A stretch of 64,000 nucleotides of DNA, from positions 186,001 through 250,000 of the forward strand of contig NW_021835996.1 in the NCBI RefSeq assembly GCF_006345805.1, given 5' to 3'. This document shows positions 24,758 to 36,852 of this stretch, in pieces. How positions within the stretch are numbered: the first letter of the stretch is position 1; every line of letters starts with the position of its first letter. The position numbers and the translations under genes are program-made. This DNA comes from Octopus sinensis (taxonomy: Eukaryota). Under the pieces are notes generated by a model. The model was not told where the DNA came from. It searched no databases and saw only the letters and a list, made by a program, of their open reading frames with translations.

Positions 24758-25380
24758 CAGTAAAACCTCTCGAATCCGCCGATTTTGGGACCGAACAAAA
24801 AATCGGCAATTTAAATAATATTTTATAGTTAAAACATGAACTTACAATATAGATTAAATATTTCTTTTTATATACAAATGACTGAATACATAAAATTATT
24901 TATATTCAAAAAAATCAAAAATTTTATGTTTTTTAATTAATTTTCTTAACATTTCCCCAATTCGCATAATATTTTCGTGATGATCTATATCTGCATATAC
25001 CTGAGAAGCATAACTTTTAATAATCTCTAGAGCTCTGAAAGCTTCCGAAAGATTAACTCTTTTCTCATTTGATTCCTCTTCAATAATTGTTTCCTAAGTA
25101 CAATTATTAAATAAAGTCACCAACTAATTGAACTTTTTTGACTGTAATATATCAGCTTGTTCAGATTTTTCTAAAAATTCCATTAGCTCTTCATTTTCAG
25201 TATATCCATCAATTTCAATAAATTTGAGTTTCGGAATTCTCGTTATGTTTAATTTTTTTGATATCAGTCCTATTCAAAAGGTCCGATTTTGATTTAAAGT
25301 CTTTTATAGTTCTCGGAGAAATTTTCTTTTTTAATCGTGAAGAAAAAATCCTGGAAATTTGTTAGCTTATCAGGCTAAGT
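24758..25380 (-). mobile_element. pogo/Tigger-like remnant (one TIR plus transposase C-terminus)
   Basis: Seen: TA|CAGTAAAACCTCTCGAATCCGCC, similar to the TIR at 42231. The C-terminal fragment ...LSEAFRALEII... resembles 42359-42691. Confidence 0.6.
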
Positions 25381-25391
25381 ATGGTCTAGGT

Positions 25392-27474
25392 CAGGGTTTC
25401 TTACCCGGGGGTACATGTGCCTAGGGGGTACGCGAGAAGATCCAGGGGGTACGCGGGACAATTTTTGTGATTATTCAGATATGTTTAAATTCTTGCACAC
25501 TTATGGAATTTTGGAGTAAAATGATTCCAAAGTATTCGTTATTTTTAACAAATCGGAACTTTCTGAAGTTTGTCGAAGTTTGTCGAGTATGCAATATTTA
25601 ATTCCTTATCCAACAACATGCTTATGCGAAACTGCGATGTCTTGTTTATCATTTATTAAAAATAAATCTCGTAATCGATTGAATGTTGGAGATTATATGC
25701 GAATCGCTCTTAGCAACATGGATTCGAATATTAGAAAACTTGTTGCAGAAAAGCAACAACAAATATCTCACTAGAATTAAATCTTATACACTTTTTCGGC
25801 ATAAAATATTTTATTGATTTTGTTTAGTTAGAAAATAATTGTCGCGCGCAATGGATGAAACGCGTGCCTAAAGTGAAACGCTGTGAACCTTGAGAAAACC
25901 ACAAAAAACCTCGAAAATAAAATTAACAATCCTTTGATGAAAACAGGAATAAAACCGAGAAATCAATTTTTTATTATTATCGTTTGAAAGATTAACAATT
26001 TATTTAAATAATGGTTAGCCATTTTAAAATTACCAAAAAATTAAAAATATTTTAACCTGAAAATTTACCTGTCTAAATTTTTTTAACTTGTGATTTAAAT
26101 ACTATTTGTTCATTTCCATCTTGATCTTTTATTTTAACTCTATTATTTGAAATTAAATCTTCAACAGTAAAGATTTGTTGATGATAAAAAGATTCTAATT
26201 TTCGCTTCTTCGTCCTTTGATTTGTATCAAAATCTTTTTTCAGCAAAACATTATTTCCAATTGCAATTTCTATATCCTCTTGTTCGGAAAAAAGCCATAA
26301 ATGGTGACATATTTATAGAAGAATGAATTGAAATATTGTACTGATATACAATTTTTTCTAACACATCCACCCATTTTTTCTGTTTGTCTGTGAGTTCTTT
26401 TTGAATCCATCTGCAAATGGTTTGATTGCAACGCTCCACTTGTCCCTGTGATTCTGGATGTCTTGGACGTCCCCTTTTATGAATTATTTTAAATTCTTCA
26501 CATAATGACGTTATTTCTGAATTAACAAATTCTGTTCCGTTGTCAGACTGCAGAATTTTTGGTGGACCATAGGAAAGAAATATAGTTTTCAATGATTCCG
26601 AAACTGTAACTGCTTCTTTATTTTCTATTTTTTTAGCAAAGCAAAATTTTGAATAAATATCTATGACATTCATAAGATATTTATAGGAATCATTTATATC
26701 TGCATAAAACGAAAGATCGACTAAATCAACTTGATAGCTAAAAATAAGCTATTGAATGAACCGTTCTCGAGGTTCTTTGGCTACTATGTTGACTAGTGGA
26801 TATTTTGTCTTTAAGGGCTGACTTCGCTGACATTTGTGGCATGATGATATTACATCCCTAATTATGTTTCGATTGATTATGCAAAAATTATTTTTGCAAT
26901 ACTCTTCCATTTTATTAAATCCATAGTGATAAATTGAATGAATCCTTTCACAATGCAGTTTCATGGATTCGAAATCATTTGAGGCAATTACCAATATTTT
27001 GTTTCCATCAGATTGTTTATAATATAGCACACCTATCATTAGATTTAATAGTACCTCCAGAATTTACGAAATTTCTACATTTTTTGAGAAAACGAAATCT
27101 TTTTAGTCTTGAAAAATCTTCTGGTATTGTATTATTTATTAAAAAATCAAGAATATTCTTATACTCCTGATCATCCTTTACAATGTTGGCAAATCTCATT
27201 TCGATAATATTATCTCAAAGTGCGCAATCATCTTTAATATTGACTTGATAATTGTCAAGAGCTTAATTGAAGGTTAAATTCAAGGTCACGGCGTTTCACT
27301 TTAGGCACGCGTTTCATTTATGGCGCGTGACAATAATTTATATTTTATAATTAAATCATTTATCTCAAAAAAAGATATGTAAAAATTTAAAAATCGATAG
27401 GGGGTATGCGGGATCCATTTTTAACCCCAAGGAGTACAATTTATCAAAAATTTGAAAAAGGTTAAGAACCGCTG
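25392..27474 (+). mobile_element. Non-autonomous hAT element (copy A) hosting a nested Ginger element
   Basis: Seen: imperfect TIRs CAGGGTTTCTTA / CAGCGGTTCTTA, TSD gtctaggt/atctaggt, gggggtacgcg subterminal repeats, and a dimerisation-domain remnant PTTCLCETAMS. Confidence 0.85.
25840..27332 (-). mobile_element. Ginger-type DNA transposon (Gypsy-like integrase) with ~54-bp TIRs, copy A
   Basis: Seen: TGTC...GACA termini, 5-bp TSD ATAAT, H2C2 finger (IHSIYH...CHKC), D-D35-E core (QVD, SDNG, VER), introns at 27033-27054 (22 nt) and 26738-26761 (24 nt). There is a frameshift before the C-terminal VLLKKDFD segment. No RT or LTR. Confidence 0.85.
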
Positions 27475-27558
27475 ATCTAGGTGCTACCCAAGTTAATGTG
27501 AAGGAGTTGATCAAACTTCAGAGGGAATCGCTAATAAAAAGATCAACTTAAAAATCAT

Positions 27559-29893
27559 TTACAAGACTCTTTTTAGAAGTCTGGGAACCCCCCACATTGA
27601 CGTATCGTCGTCATCAACATGGCTGAAATATGGGAATAACTCTCCCCGATCAGAAGGGTTATTCTCATATTTGCAGGATAGAAACTTTAAATGGTCAACA
27701 GAAAAAATGAAAACCACTGTAAAGAAAGCCGATGACCGTTTAGCCATGATAAAGAATTTTTAGCTAATCTTGAGAATGAACATGAAGTTTTCCTAATTTT
27801 TCAATTAACAAATTACAAAGCATATATTGGAAAATAACAATTAGAAAGCACATTTTATTTCAATTAGACTAAAAGTCATTTTTGTTCATTAAAGCCATTT
27901 TTTTAATTATTTATATTCTAAAATTATTGATTTGTTTTTTCAAATTGGCCACAAAATTTTAAGGGCCAATTTCTTATCTACATAAGAAGATATCAATTAT
28001 AAGAGATTAAATTTTTATTTAATTAAAAGTAATTTCTTGAACTTATTTATTCTTCATTTTCGCGATTCCCCAAAAAAATCGACACTCGGTCGCGAGTTTC
28101 TGATTGATTGTGAGACTTCTGCAAAATAAAAGCGGGGCTCAACCATGTGTACAATCTCAAAAAACTGCACAAAAATTGATGTAAATAAGGACAAAACGAC
28201 GTACATAAAAAAGCATATAAACACGATCTGATAAATGTCCGAAAATAATCTGACGCGTGAATCCTCCGTTGACACCATAAGATCATTAATTATATCCCCG
28301 TTCATTATTGCAAACAGAGAAATAGCAGATGAGTAGAGAGTTTCAAACTAAAAATAATTGACAAAACTAGCATTTTCATTATAGGGATGAAGAACTATCC
28401 ACCCACAAAATACAAAGCCCATATACACAATGATTATGCAGGACATGAAACGGAGGACCAAGAGGGCCGACCTAGTCAAAGTCATCATCAGAATCTTAAA
28501 ATTATTTAAGCGGAATATACGTTAAAACCCGAAAAGAAACTAAGATAGCGAAGGAGACCAGTCCAAATGAGAAGAATGTTAATTCCATAAGCAATAGCGA
28601 GATAAGGAGAATAAAATTGCTAAAAAATAAGCTACAGAAGAACGTGAATTTGAGGAATGTAAATTCCAGTGACAACAATATTACTTATGTCAGTGAAAAT
28701 AATTATGAAATTCCATATGTCGAAGTATATTGATAATTCTGAATATGACAAACTTTCTCCCTCTATGCGAGAAAAGTGAGAATTTGTAATCTTAGCCAAA
28801 TAAAAGGATTTTAACACAGAACGGACACATGTGATGAGAGATATAAAACTCACCAATAATGCCAACGAGGATACTATAAGGTGCACCGTGCGGGTATAAT
28901 TGAAGACTATGGTCGAGGTATGACACTTACGATAATATGCATAAGAACGACGTTGTGCCGAACTATCAATTTGGTAAGCTTCGTTCAAGTTTGATCGAAT
29001 TATGTTGACCTAAAAAGTAATTAAATAATATTACATTGTATTCAATTTGCTCATTCACGATGTGCCCTAATTTATTCATCCAAGTTGTTGACATCGACAT
29101 CAATTCCATTGTAAGACTTATTTTGAAGGTTCTTTAATATTCATTGTTTATCCTTACTTTGATATTAATACATTGTCAGTAAATTTTGTTATTTTTGAAA
29201 CGTCAAAAGTAGTCATATTGGACAATATATCAATTTCCTCACATACTTGAATTTATTCATAAATTAAAATCAACCCCATTTAAAACTGACTTTCAAGAAA
29301 TTGTTCTCTAAGTCGAATTTTTTGTTTTTATCATCGATATGATAGTAATTTAGACAAATTAGAACAGGAGAAAGATTGGTCGAGCTCAGTTTTACGGGAT
29401 TATAACCAATCACTGAGTCGTTTCCAATACTGATATACTATGAATACTCATTAAATAGTTTGTCACTTTATTTAATGTGTAGTTGATATTATTCAACATT
29501 TGAGGTAAGCTCACCACAAATGGCAAATGTTCATGTGAATAAGACGGATGTTTAACAAAATCTTTGATAAAGTAACGATCAAGCGACAAAGTCGGAATAT
29601 TCGGCAGTCGAGATTGACCATAAATATAAATCTACAATATTAAATAAATTTACTTGAACGGTGAAGATTATGACTTTGGCCAGTTGTGCAAACATTTTTA
29701 TTGGAAGCTTCCGCCTTTCATTCCATTTTCCCACCGGATCTTTTAAATAGTACGAAGCATAGGTCTTAAACTGATCGACATCTTCATTTAAATGAATTTT
29801 TTCTTCTAATTAGACATATTGCACAATTAGCTCACCATTGGGTAGTCCAATGAATGCGACATAGTTGTTTTTTTGTGTTTTTTGACTTGACAT
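27559..29893 (-). CDS. MCOLN: Mucolipin/TRPML cation channel (copy A), many micro-introns
   Basis: Seen after splicing: YYLKDPVGKW...KMFAQLAKVIIFTVQ, CVRSVLKSFYL, GLLRYLSFF, GFVFCGWIVLHPY and NGD...LFSDIYQIVFICFFMYVVLSLF. Confidence 0.9.
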
Positions 29894-30023
29894 ATTTATA
29901 TTAGAAAGCGACTAATGGAATTTGAATTTTATTATTAAATAAATTGAATTTAATTATTTTTATTTAATATATCTTTTTATTAAAAATTAATCTCATCACT
30001 TCAATTTTTGAATTAAATTTTAT

Positions 30024-30259
30024 TTATTTAGCCGCCAAGACCACGGTAAGAGTCAAAAACAAAGATCACGTGATCCCGATGCACTCGACCAGGGACCTCA
30101 TCTTCGCCCGATGATCTTTCCACGAGCCCACACAAGATCGCACCGGGCGGCAGCCCGTTTTTGGCGGAGCATTCGCTGACGGGCCGAGGTTCAGCTTGAT
30201 GAGGTCTTCCATAGGTAGAGTGCATCGTCCTGGTACGAAAATGTCACCAGGGGGACGAG
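30024..30259 (-). mobile_element. GC-rich 236-bp retroposed insertion, only in copy A
   Basis: Seen: (TAAA)n tail and an imperfect 11-bp TSD ttaaattttat/ttagattttat. The empty site is at ~61443-61453. Confidence 0.7.
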
Positions 30260-30699
30260 TTAGATTTTATAAGAAGGTGTATGAGAAAAAGATTTCTCGA
30301 TAGTCAAATTTGCAATCACTAACACCGATTTAGTTCTCAATTTTACTTTTTGAACAAGTTTAGATGATGCTCGAAATTCATAAATATGTAATATTCCCAA
30401 ATTCGCATTCTGATATTTGCCTTTTAAAAAAATCTAGTTTTAATAAAAATTCGCCCTTCTATGGAATGGGTTCAAGATAAACAATTTGAGGATAGCAAAC
30501 GAAACCAGTTGTGAGTTTGTAACACTCAAGTTATTGTATCGGCGAAGACTGGATACTGATTGGAGATATGTACTTTAAAAAATTAGCGAAAACAAAAACT
30601 TAATTATTGATTTATTCAAACGCAACCAATTTTCATCAATTTCATGTGACCTAAATTCTTAATCCCTATCTTTTGGCTGTCCAAAGAAAACCGAGATAG

Positions 30700-32320
30700 A
30701 AAGAACAGATGAGTACATTAGAAGTCTGTTGAGAAATTTCACGGAGAACTTTGAAAAATTTACTCAAAACAGAAAATCCAAATTACTCCCGGAGTCTATG
30801 AAAACCATTGTCTTTAAAAAATAGACTCACGTTGAAGCTCAAAAAATCTTAGGATTCCCTAGACAGAACTTTAATGAGTGAAAGAATAAATGCTATTTCC
30901 AAATTACTTTGTTATACAACTCAAATCGGAAAAGAACGTGCTTGGTTACGACAATTGAAAATGCTATATCCAAAACGTCCCACATTTTAGACACCTTATA
31001 ACAAAGTAACTGGAACTCAAACGAAGGCTGAAGTAATTCGCCTACAACTTCCGAGAGGATCCCTGTCCAGTCAAGAGGCGACAACCGAACTTGCAACTGT
31101 TCTGGAAGCAAATCCATCTGCCTCCTTACTAGAGCCTCCTTCTGTAAACTACACATGCATATTGAGACCCTAAAACCAATAAAGACAACTAAAAATGTGT
31201 CCCCAGAGTATGACAAGATTCCAATGGCCTGTTTCAAGCTGCTGTCACAGCTTACAAACCTTTTCAATTCCAGCCTACAGAGATAATACGTTCCAAAATC
31301 ATTGAAGTTCTGATGGTTTGAAAACCTAAAAAACCTAAAGAAGAGGTCTCAAGCTATAGGCCTATAAGCCTAATTTGCTCTACATTAAAAATAAAGGAGA
31401 AAATCATTTATAGAAAGCAAGTGTTGCACATAGAAAAGAATCATTCTAAAATTAAAACCTTTAGAATCATTATCACAAATGAAAATTATGACACACATAA
31501 AAAAAGCTATTAATGCATTGAAAGACAATTTTTAAAATGCTTTACTTCGCGGTATATTTACCGGTTTCCCTTTTTTACTAACAATTTAGATGATGACGAT
31601 GGCATGAAAATCTGGATTTTCGGATCCAGCATTACCATCGAGTTTTCGGGGCACATGGATGTTTTTGACCATCTGATCAAAAAAATGATGAAAATATGTA
31701 GTAATTTTAATTTGCAGGTTTTATATTCAAAATTCAACTTAGATTTTCAGAAAAACATCCAGAACTTGAAATTGTTTTGAAAAAATTCCCATCGAATTTA
31801 AGAATTGGTCCCTGCATGTTAATAAAGAAAAGACCGAGCACATAAGAATCACAAGGGAATTAAAACATATTGATTAAAACTGAACAAAAAAGAAAATGCA
31901 CAAAATATGGAGTCGACCAAAGCTAATCAAAACAAAGTTACGAATAATGTTATAAAACTTGTATATAATCCCAGTACTTGTGTACATCTCAAGTACATGG
32001 GGAGTCGCAAAGTTAAAACTCAAAAAATGGACACATTTTATCGAAAACTATTACGCGATTTACTCGGCCTAGATTGGCCAAAGAAGATTTCCAACAATAA
32101 ATTGTACTCTATGACACAATCGGTTGCAATAAGTACTGAAATTATCGAATCAGAATGGAGGCTATTTGGGCTTAGAATGGACATAAACACCCCCGCAAAC
32201 ATTATAATGGACAATTACTTTGACAATGAAAAAAAAACATCGTTCAAAAGACGACCTAAGGGCACTCTATCTGTTGTTCTGAATGAAAATTCCGTTCATC
32301 CCCTTGTAAAAAGATCATAA
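30700..32320 (+). pseudogene. Degenerate RTE-like LINE remnants (copy A)
   Basis: Seen: YRPISLIC-like piece near 31355 and MDTFYRKLLRDLLGLDWPKKISNNKLY...WRLFG. A weak gag-knuckle-like remnant lies on the minus strand at ~30900-31270. Confidence 0.6.
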
Positions 32321-33346
32321 ATAGCCCTGCCACAAGACGTAAATGACATGTTGACATCTCGCTCAGGTCGGCCACACTTTTTTGTAAAGATTTCGGAATA
32401 CTACAAACCCTTCAAGCACTACATGACCCGTTGTCGCCCTGTGTTCGTATTAAACTCGCTAATTTGTATTTAAACCATCAATTCACTAGTTTAACAATCG
32501 TTAATATGCCATGAAATACGTACAAGGCTATTCTGTTCTATAATCTGAAAAAATCTTTGGGAAAATAATGTTATAGAAATATAAGTAACAATTTAATCAG
32601 AAATTAATAATTATCTCAATGTATCAGGTCGCATAAACATTATTTCGAATTGAAATAATGCGTGATTACCTGAAGTTATATTTTTGCTGAAAATACGATC
32701 AAATAATAAAAAAATATCAGCATAAAATATTTAAAATGAAATGTAAACTTCCATAATGGAGTTATTCTAATATGGCCTTGCAACGGGGCTGTGAGTATAC
32801 TGACAGCACAGATCAAGGCAACAGCTACCAGATACAATAAAACGTGGCGATTTTAATTATTTATTAAAGATATGATTTAATTAAATATAATAAAGTTATA
32901 TATAATTAGTCAGATTTTTGATATACCATAACTTTGGAAGATCAACAAAATTAGTTAAAGCCAAGAAGTTGTAGTTAAAATATTTTTTGCGGATATCTGA
33001 GATTCTGAGATTAAATAGCAATTTTAGTTTGGAATTTTTTGGACTATATTGGTTTGATATAAAATATAGTTCTTGTTTTAGTTTTTGGTTTTTTTTATTC
33101 GTTAACAGTACTCTAATTATGATACTTGTTTTGTTAGCATGGAATTAGTTTGGAACAAAAAACGTGTTTCCATGCTATTTGAAGTTAATCCCTTAATAGT
33201 GACAATATTATAAGACGAATAACATTGAAAATATTCAAATTTTGTAAATTTTTGTTAGCTTATCAAGTCACTACGTTAAAGTCTTGGACATATAAAAAAG
33301 ACAGTTAAAAATTTAACGAAAAAAAAGAAAGTAAACCCAAAATGAA

Positions 33347-34144
33347 TTAGTATATTCTCTGGGAAGGACCCATAGTGGATTTAATATAGAGAGCGCCCAC
33401 ATTTTGCCACTGCTTCTTTGTAAGTGATACCAGAAAGTTAGTAGCCATGATAACATTCTCACAAATGTCTTTCTCACTCATACCAACATTGGCAACTGCA
33501 GTATTCAATATTTTGACCTTATAATAAACAAAAAAACAAACTTTTTTCAACTGAAACTTTATCGAAGCCCTCAGATCATTAACTCGAGAAATAACCGTCT
33601 CATTCGGGTTTATGGCAAACACCAATCTGCCATACCTCGAAGGAGTAGGACCAAGATGACGAGTCACTGTCCTCATCAAATCTTGAGTGACAATAAATCC
33701 AGAATATTTTTTGACTTGAATTATTTTTAATTTTAAACCAAATTTTTTTTTCTCTCTAGGATTTTGAGCGAGGAGACTTGTTTGGTTTACGCTCACACCA
33801 TCAATCCCGAGTTCCTTCGCCTGTTTAATGTGCTCCTCGTCCCCGATTACACACACTCGTAGCTTTGGCCTTGGAACGTGTCGAAGTCTGAAGGAATGAA
33901 TACTTTACATTACCTTACAACTCCTGAGAATCTCTTATCTCTCGTTGTGTCGTATCCTTTGAGCAGGACTTGAAGTTCAATGGTCTCCAGGAAGTTTCGC
34001 TTTTTTTCCTCGGACTTTTCAAGTACCTTGTTTACTTTTGATTTCAAGTTATTCAGATTTATTTTACTAAATTAGTTTAAAAAGGGATAAAATTAATAAA
34101 TAAGACAATTTTTGCAAATGTCAAAAAAAACAAAACAACCTCAT
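33347..34144 (-). CDS. RPL10A: 60S ribosomal protein uL1 (L10a), 4 introns
   Basis: Seen after splicing: MSKIN...KRNFLETIELQV.LKGYD...DKRFSG...VCVIGDEEH...IKFQLKK...NFLVSLTKKQWQNVGALYIKSTMGPSQRIY. Confidence 0.97.
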
Positions 34145-34299
34145 CAGAAAGTACACGTGTATTATTAAAATTCAAATTATATTTTAATAAATCACACAAT
34201 TTTATTTAACTAAAATTATCATGACATTAATGGATTTATTTTTATACCTTATGATTAACAGACTTGTTGAGGCCGTGACGTCTATTTCTTGCACTATGT

Positions 34300-36120
34300 C
34301 TAAACACAGACATATACAACTGGATGAACTATCTTTTAGCAGATCAGATCTGGATTAATGCCTTCTGCTGTTTGAAATGCCACGTCTACCATCATTCACC
34401 TGGGTGCAGACAAATACGTCGGAAAACAGCCGCAGAATAAGCACTCTATCAGAATATGTCTTCGCTCTATCGTCTGACGAAAGGAAGCTGTTGATCGAAA
34501 ACACTAAATACCATCCGCACATTGAATACCTGACAAGGTACTACTGAGAAACGGTATAAAATATGTCCGAGATATTCTGAAGATATTCTGATGATCCCTA
34601 AGAAGATTCACAAACCCGGAGAGATTTAAATCGGGTGAGGATAATGCGGCTCCCTTCACCAACAAACTGATAAAGTTCTACGCTGGGATCAGCAACATCC
34701 CCCACAGGAAATATGATGGACCATGCTTGAAGTCGTTGAAACCTCGAAGATGTCGGGACATGATAATCCTCACTCAAGAGGAGGTGTTTCAGACTATCAG
34801 AAATTTAAGAAGCACTGGCTCTTGTGGACCTGACGGAATTCCTACCATTCTGGTGAAAAACCTAGGACAGGTGGCAATATCAGCTCTTTGTCAAATTTAC
34901 AACTTCTCTATAAACAACAACGCAATACCCACATTATGGAAAATGGCACACATTCGCCCTATTATGAAACCAGGGAGACCAAAAGACAACCCGGCGTCCT
35001 ACAGGCAAATTTCTCTCCTCTGCGTCTTTTCCAAAGTTCTGGAAAAACTTATACTCGATCACATCAAAGAATATCTACCGGATTTGGATTTTCAACATGG
35101 ATTTAAATGTGATAAATCAACTACCTCGTCACTTTGACGAACTTCATCTCAGATGGACTATCTACCAAACCGTATAACCAAAAAACGGTTATGTGCTCAG
35201 TGGATATTCATAAGGCTTTTGACTTTGTTCCCATAAAAATACTGACCAGGAAAATATACCTTATTGGAATTCACCCAAGGCTGAAAATGTGGCTAGCTAA
35301 CCTTCTCAGCGGCCGAAGAGGCAGGATCCAACAATACAAGATTGATGTCACGATATTTTCCAAACGGAATCCCTCAAGGCTCACCCCTTTCACCAGCTCT
35401 TTTTAACTTATTCTTATCGGATCTCCCGCTACTAAGCGACAAAGACTCAATCGTATTATCACACGCTGACGACATTGTAATTGCTACCCGGAGCCGTGAG
35501 GTGAACACGGCAATACAAAACTGCAGAACTACCTCCACAATCTCGAAAGTTGGCTCTCGTTAAATCGACTATCAACGAGTCCTGAAAAATCGGTCACTAC
35601 GCTTATGACTTCAGCAAGGAAGCTTGGGAAAATGGTGGTGAACTTATATCTAAACAACATGGAAATCCCCTTTAAAAAATCCCAGAAAATCCTCGGCGTG
35701 ACTTACGATAGTCATATGTGTTTCTCCCAACAAGTTGAAAATGTTACTACTAGCTGCATGAAGAAACTGAACATCTTAAAAGTGTTTCTCCGAAAATGCA
35801 AACAATGGATCAGCTTCCCCACACGCCAATCAATATACCGGCAATCAATATATCGAACCCTCCATTAGTTATGCTTGTGTCGCGTGGGGAGGGTTTATCA
35901 GTGAAATCGAAAAAACTCAAGAAAATTTTCGGAAAGCACTACAAGGACCGAATGAGCATATATTCATCGCCCCATTTAAAGAAATCTTGGAAAAAAACCT
36001 CGGGTCTACAGGCCCTAAAACTCCACCAGCGCGCCTCACAGAAATTGTGTCGGGACTAGGGAGGAGCAGCGGGCAAATATGAGGACCCTCCTCAGAGAAG
36101 CCGGGATCACCTGATTAATT
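34300..36120 (+). mobile_element. Degenerate I/Jockey-group LINE (RT)
   Basis: Seen: GPDGIP, SYRQISLL, QHGFK, VDIHKAFD, GIPQGSPLSP and HADD, with frameshifts. The left boundary is approximate. Confidence 0.8.
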
Positions 36121-36319
36121 AGTTGTATGTTTTGGACGGTGATCTTGGTTCAAATAATAATTATCTTTTCAATTGATGCACTCTCATCTCTTTATTCATT
36201 TTCTATAATAAAGAGAATTCAAATCTACCCAAAGGAAAATCAAATTTTTAATCATTTTTTCTAAAATTATAACGCTTTACTATATGTTTTGGGGCTGTCT
36301 TTACCGTCTGGCCTTATGC

Positions 36320-36658
36320 TGCCAAGACTTTTATACTTGCACGAACATCAAACGCTCAATAGAATCGGATATGCTGAAAATCGCTCGATAGTTCTCTGAA
36401 GTTGGCAGCTGAAAAAATCTCTAACATATGCTTTGATGACGCTCGATGGACTTGTTGCAAATCATCTCTACACCCTGTTGAGTTGGACTACGTTCGCCAC
36501 TGGACAGGACCTTTCCTGCCTTTCTCTCCTCACGCGCCAGCTCCCACGTCCTCATCACCCGAATCCTACGTTAATCTCGCGGATTGGAAGAGGACCGGGT
36601 TTTCTCTGGAGCTTGTGAACTCTGGAAGGGATCCAGATTGGCCATTTCATCTAACATC
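36320..36658 (+). pseudogene. Internal fragment of the CRE-type family seen at 50936-52215
   Basis: Seen: nucleotide similarity to ~51040-51385 (e.g. ctctgaagttggc.gctgaaaaaatc). Confidence 0.75.
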
Positions 36659-36852
36659 TTTAATTAAAAAAATGATTTATTGTTTGGATAAATTTGAAAC
36701 AATTTTTAAATTTTTGGGTTTCTACCCAAGGAAGATTGTGTTTAGAATCGTCCTTCAACGTCATCATTTTTGAAACAACGGCATTCCTGAAATTTATTTA
36801 TTAATAACAAGATTATGTCCATGACGCATATAATTGTTCTTGTGGTGTACGG

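Larger units (their letters stand above)
17426..32822 (+). repeat. Segmental duplication, copy A
   Basis: Seen: colinear with 44966-64000; many ORFs in the track are identical or nearly so. The right end is open because copy B runs off the window. Confidence 0.97.

Noticed and set aside
25840-27332. LTR retrotransposon
   Set aside because: The integrase is bounded by inverted, not direct, repeats, contains introns, and has no gag, protease, RT or PBS.
34067-34139. Intronic snoRNA in RPL10A intron 1
   Set aside because: No box C/D or H/ACA motifs; the intron is mostly T-rich low-complexity sequence.
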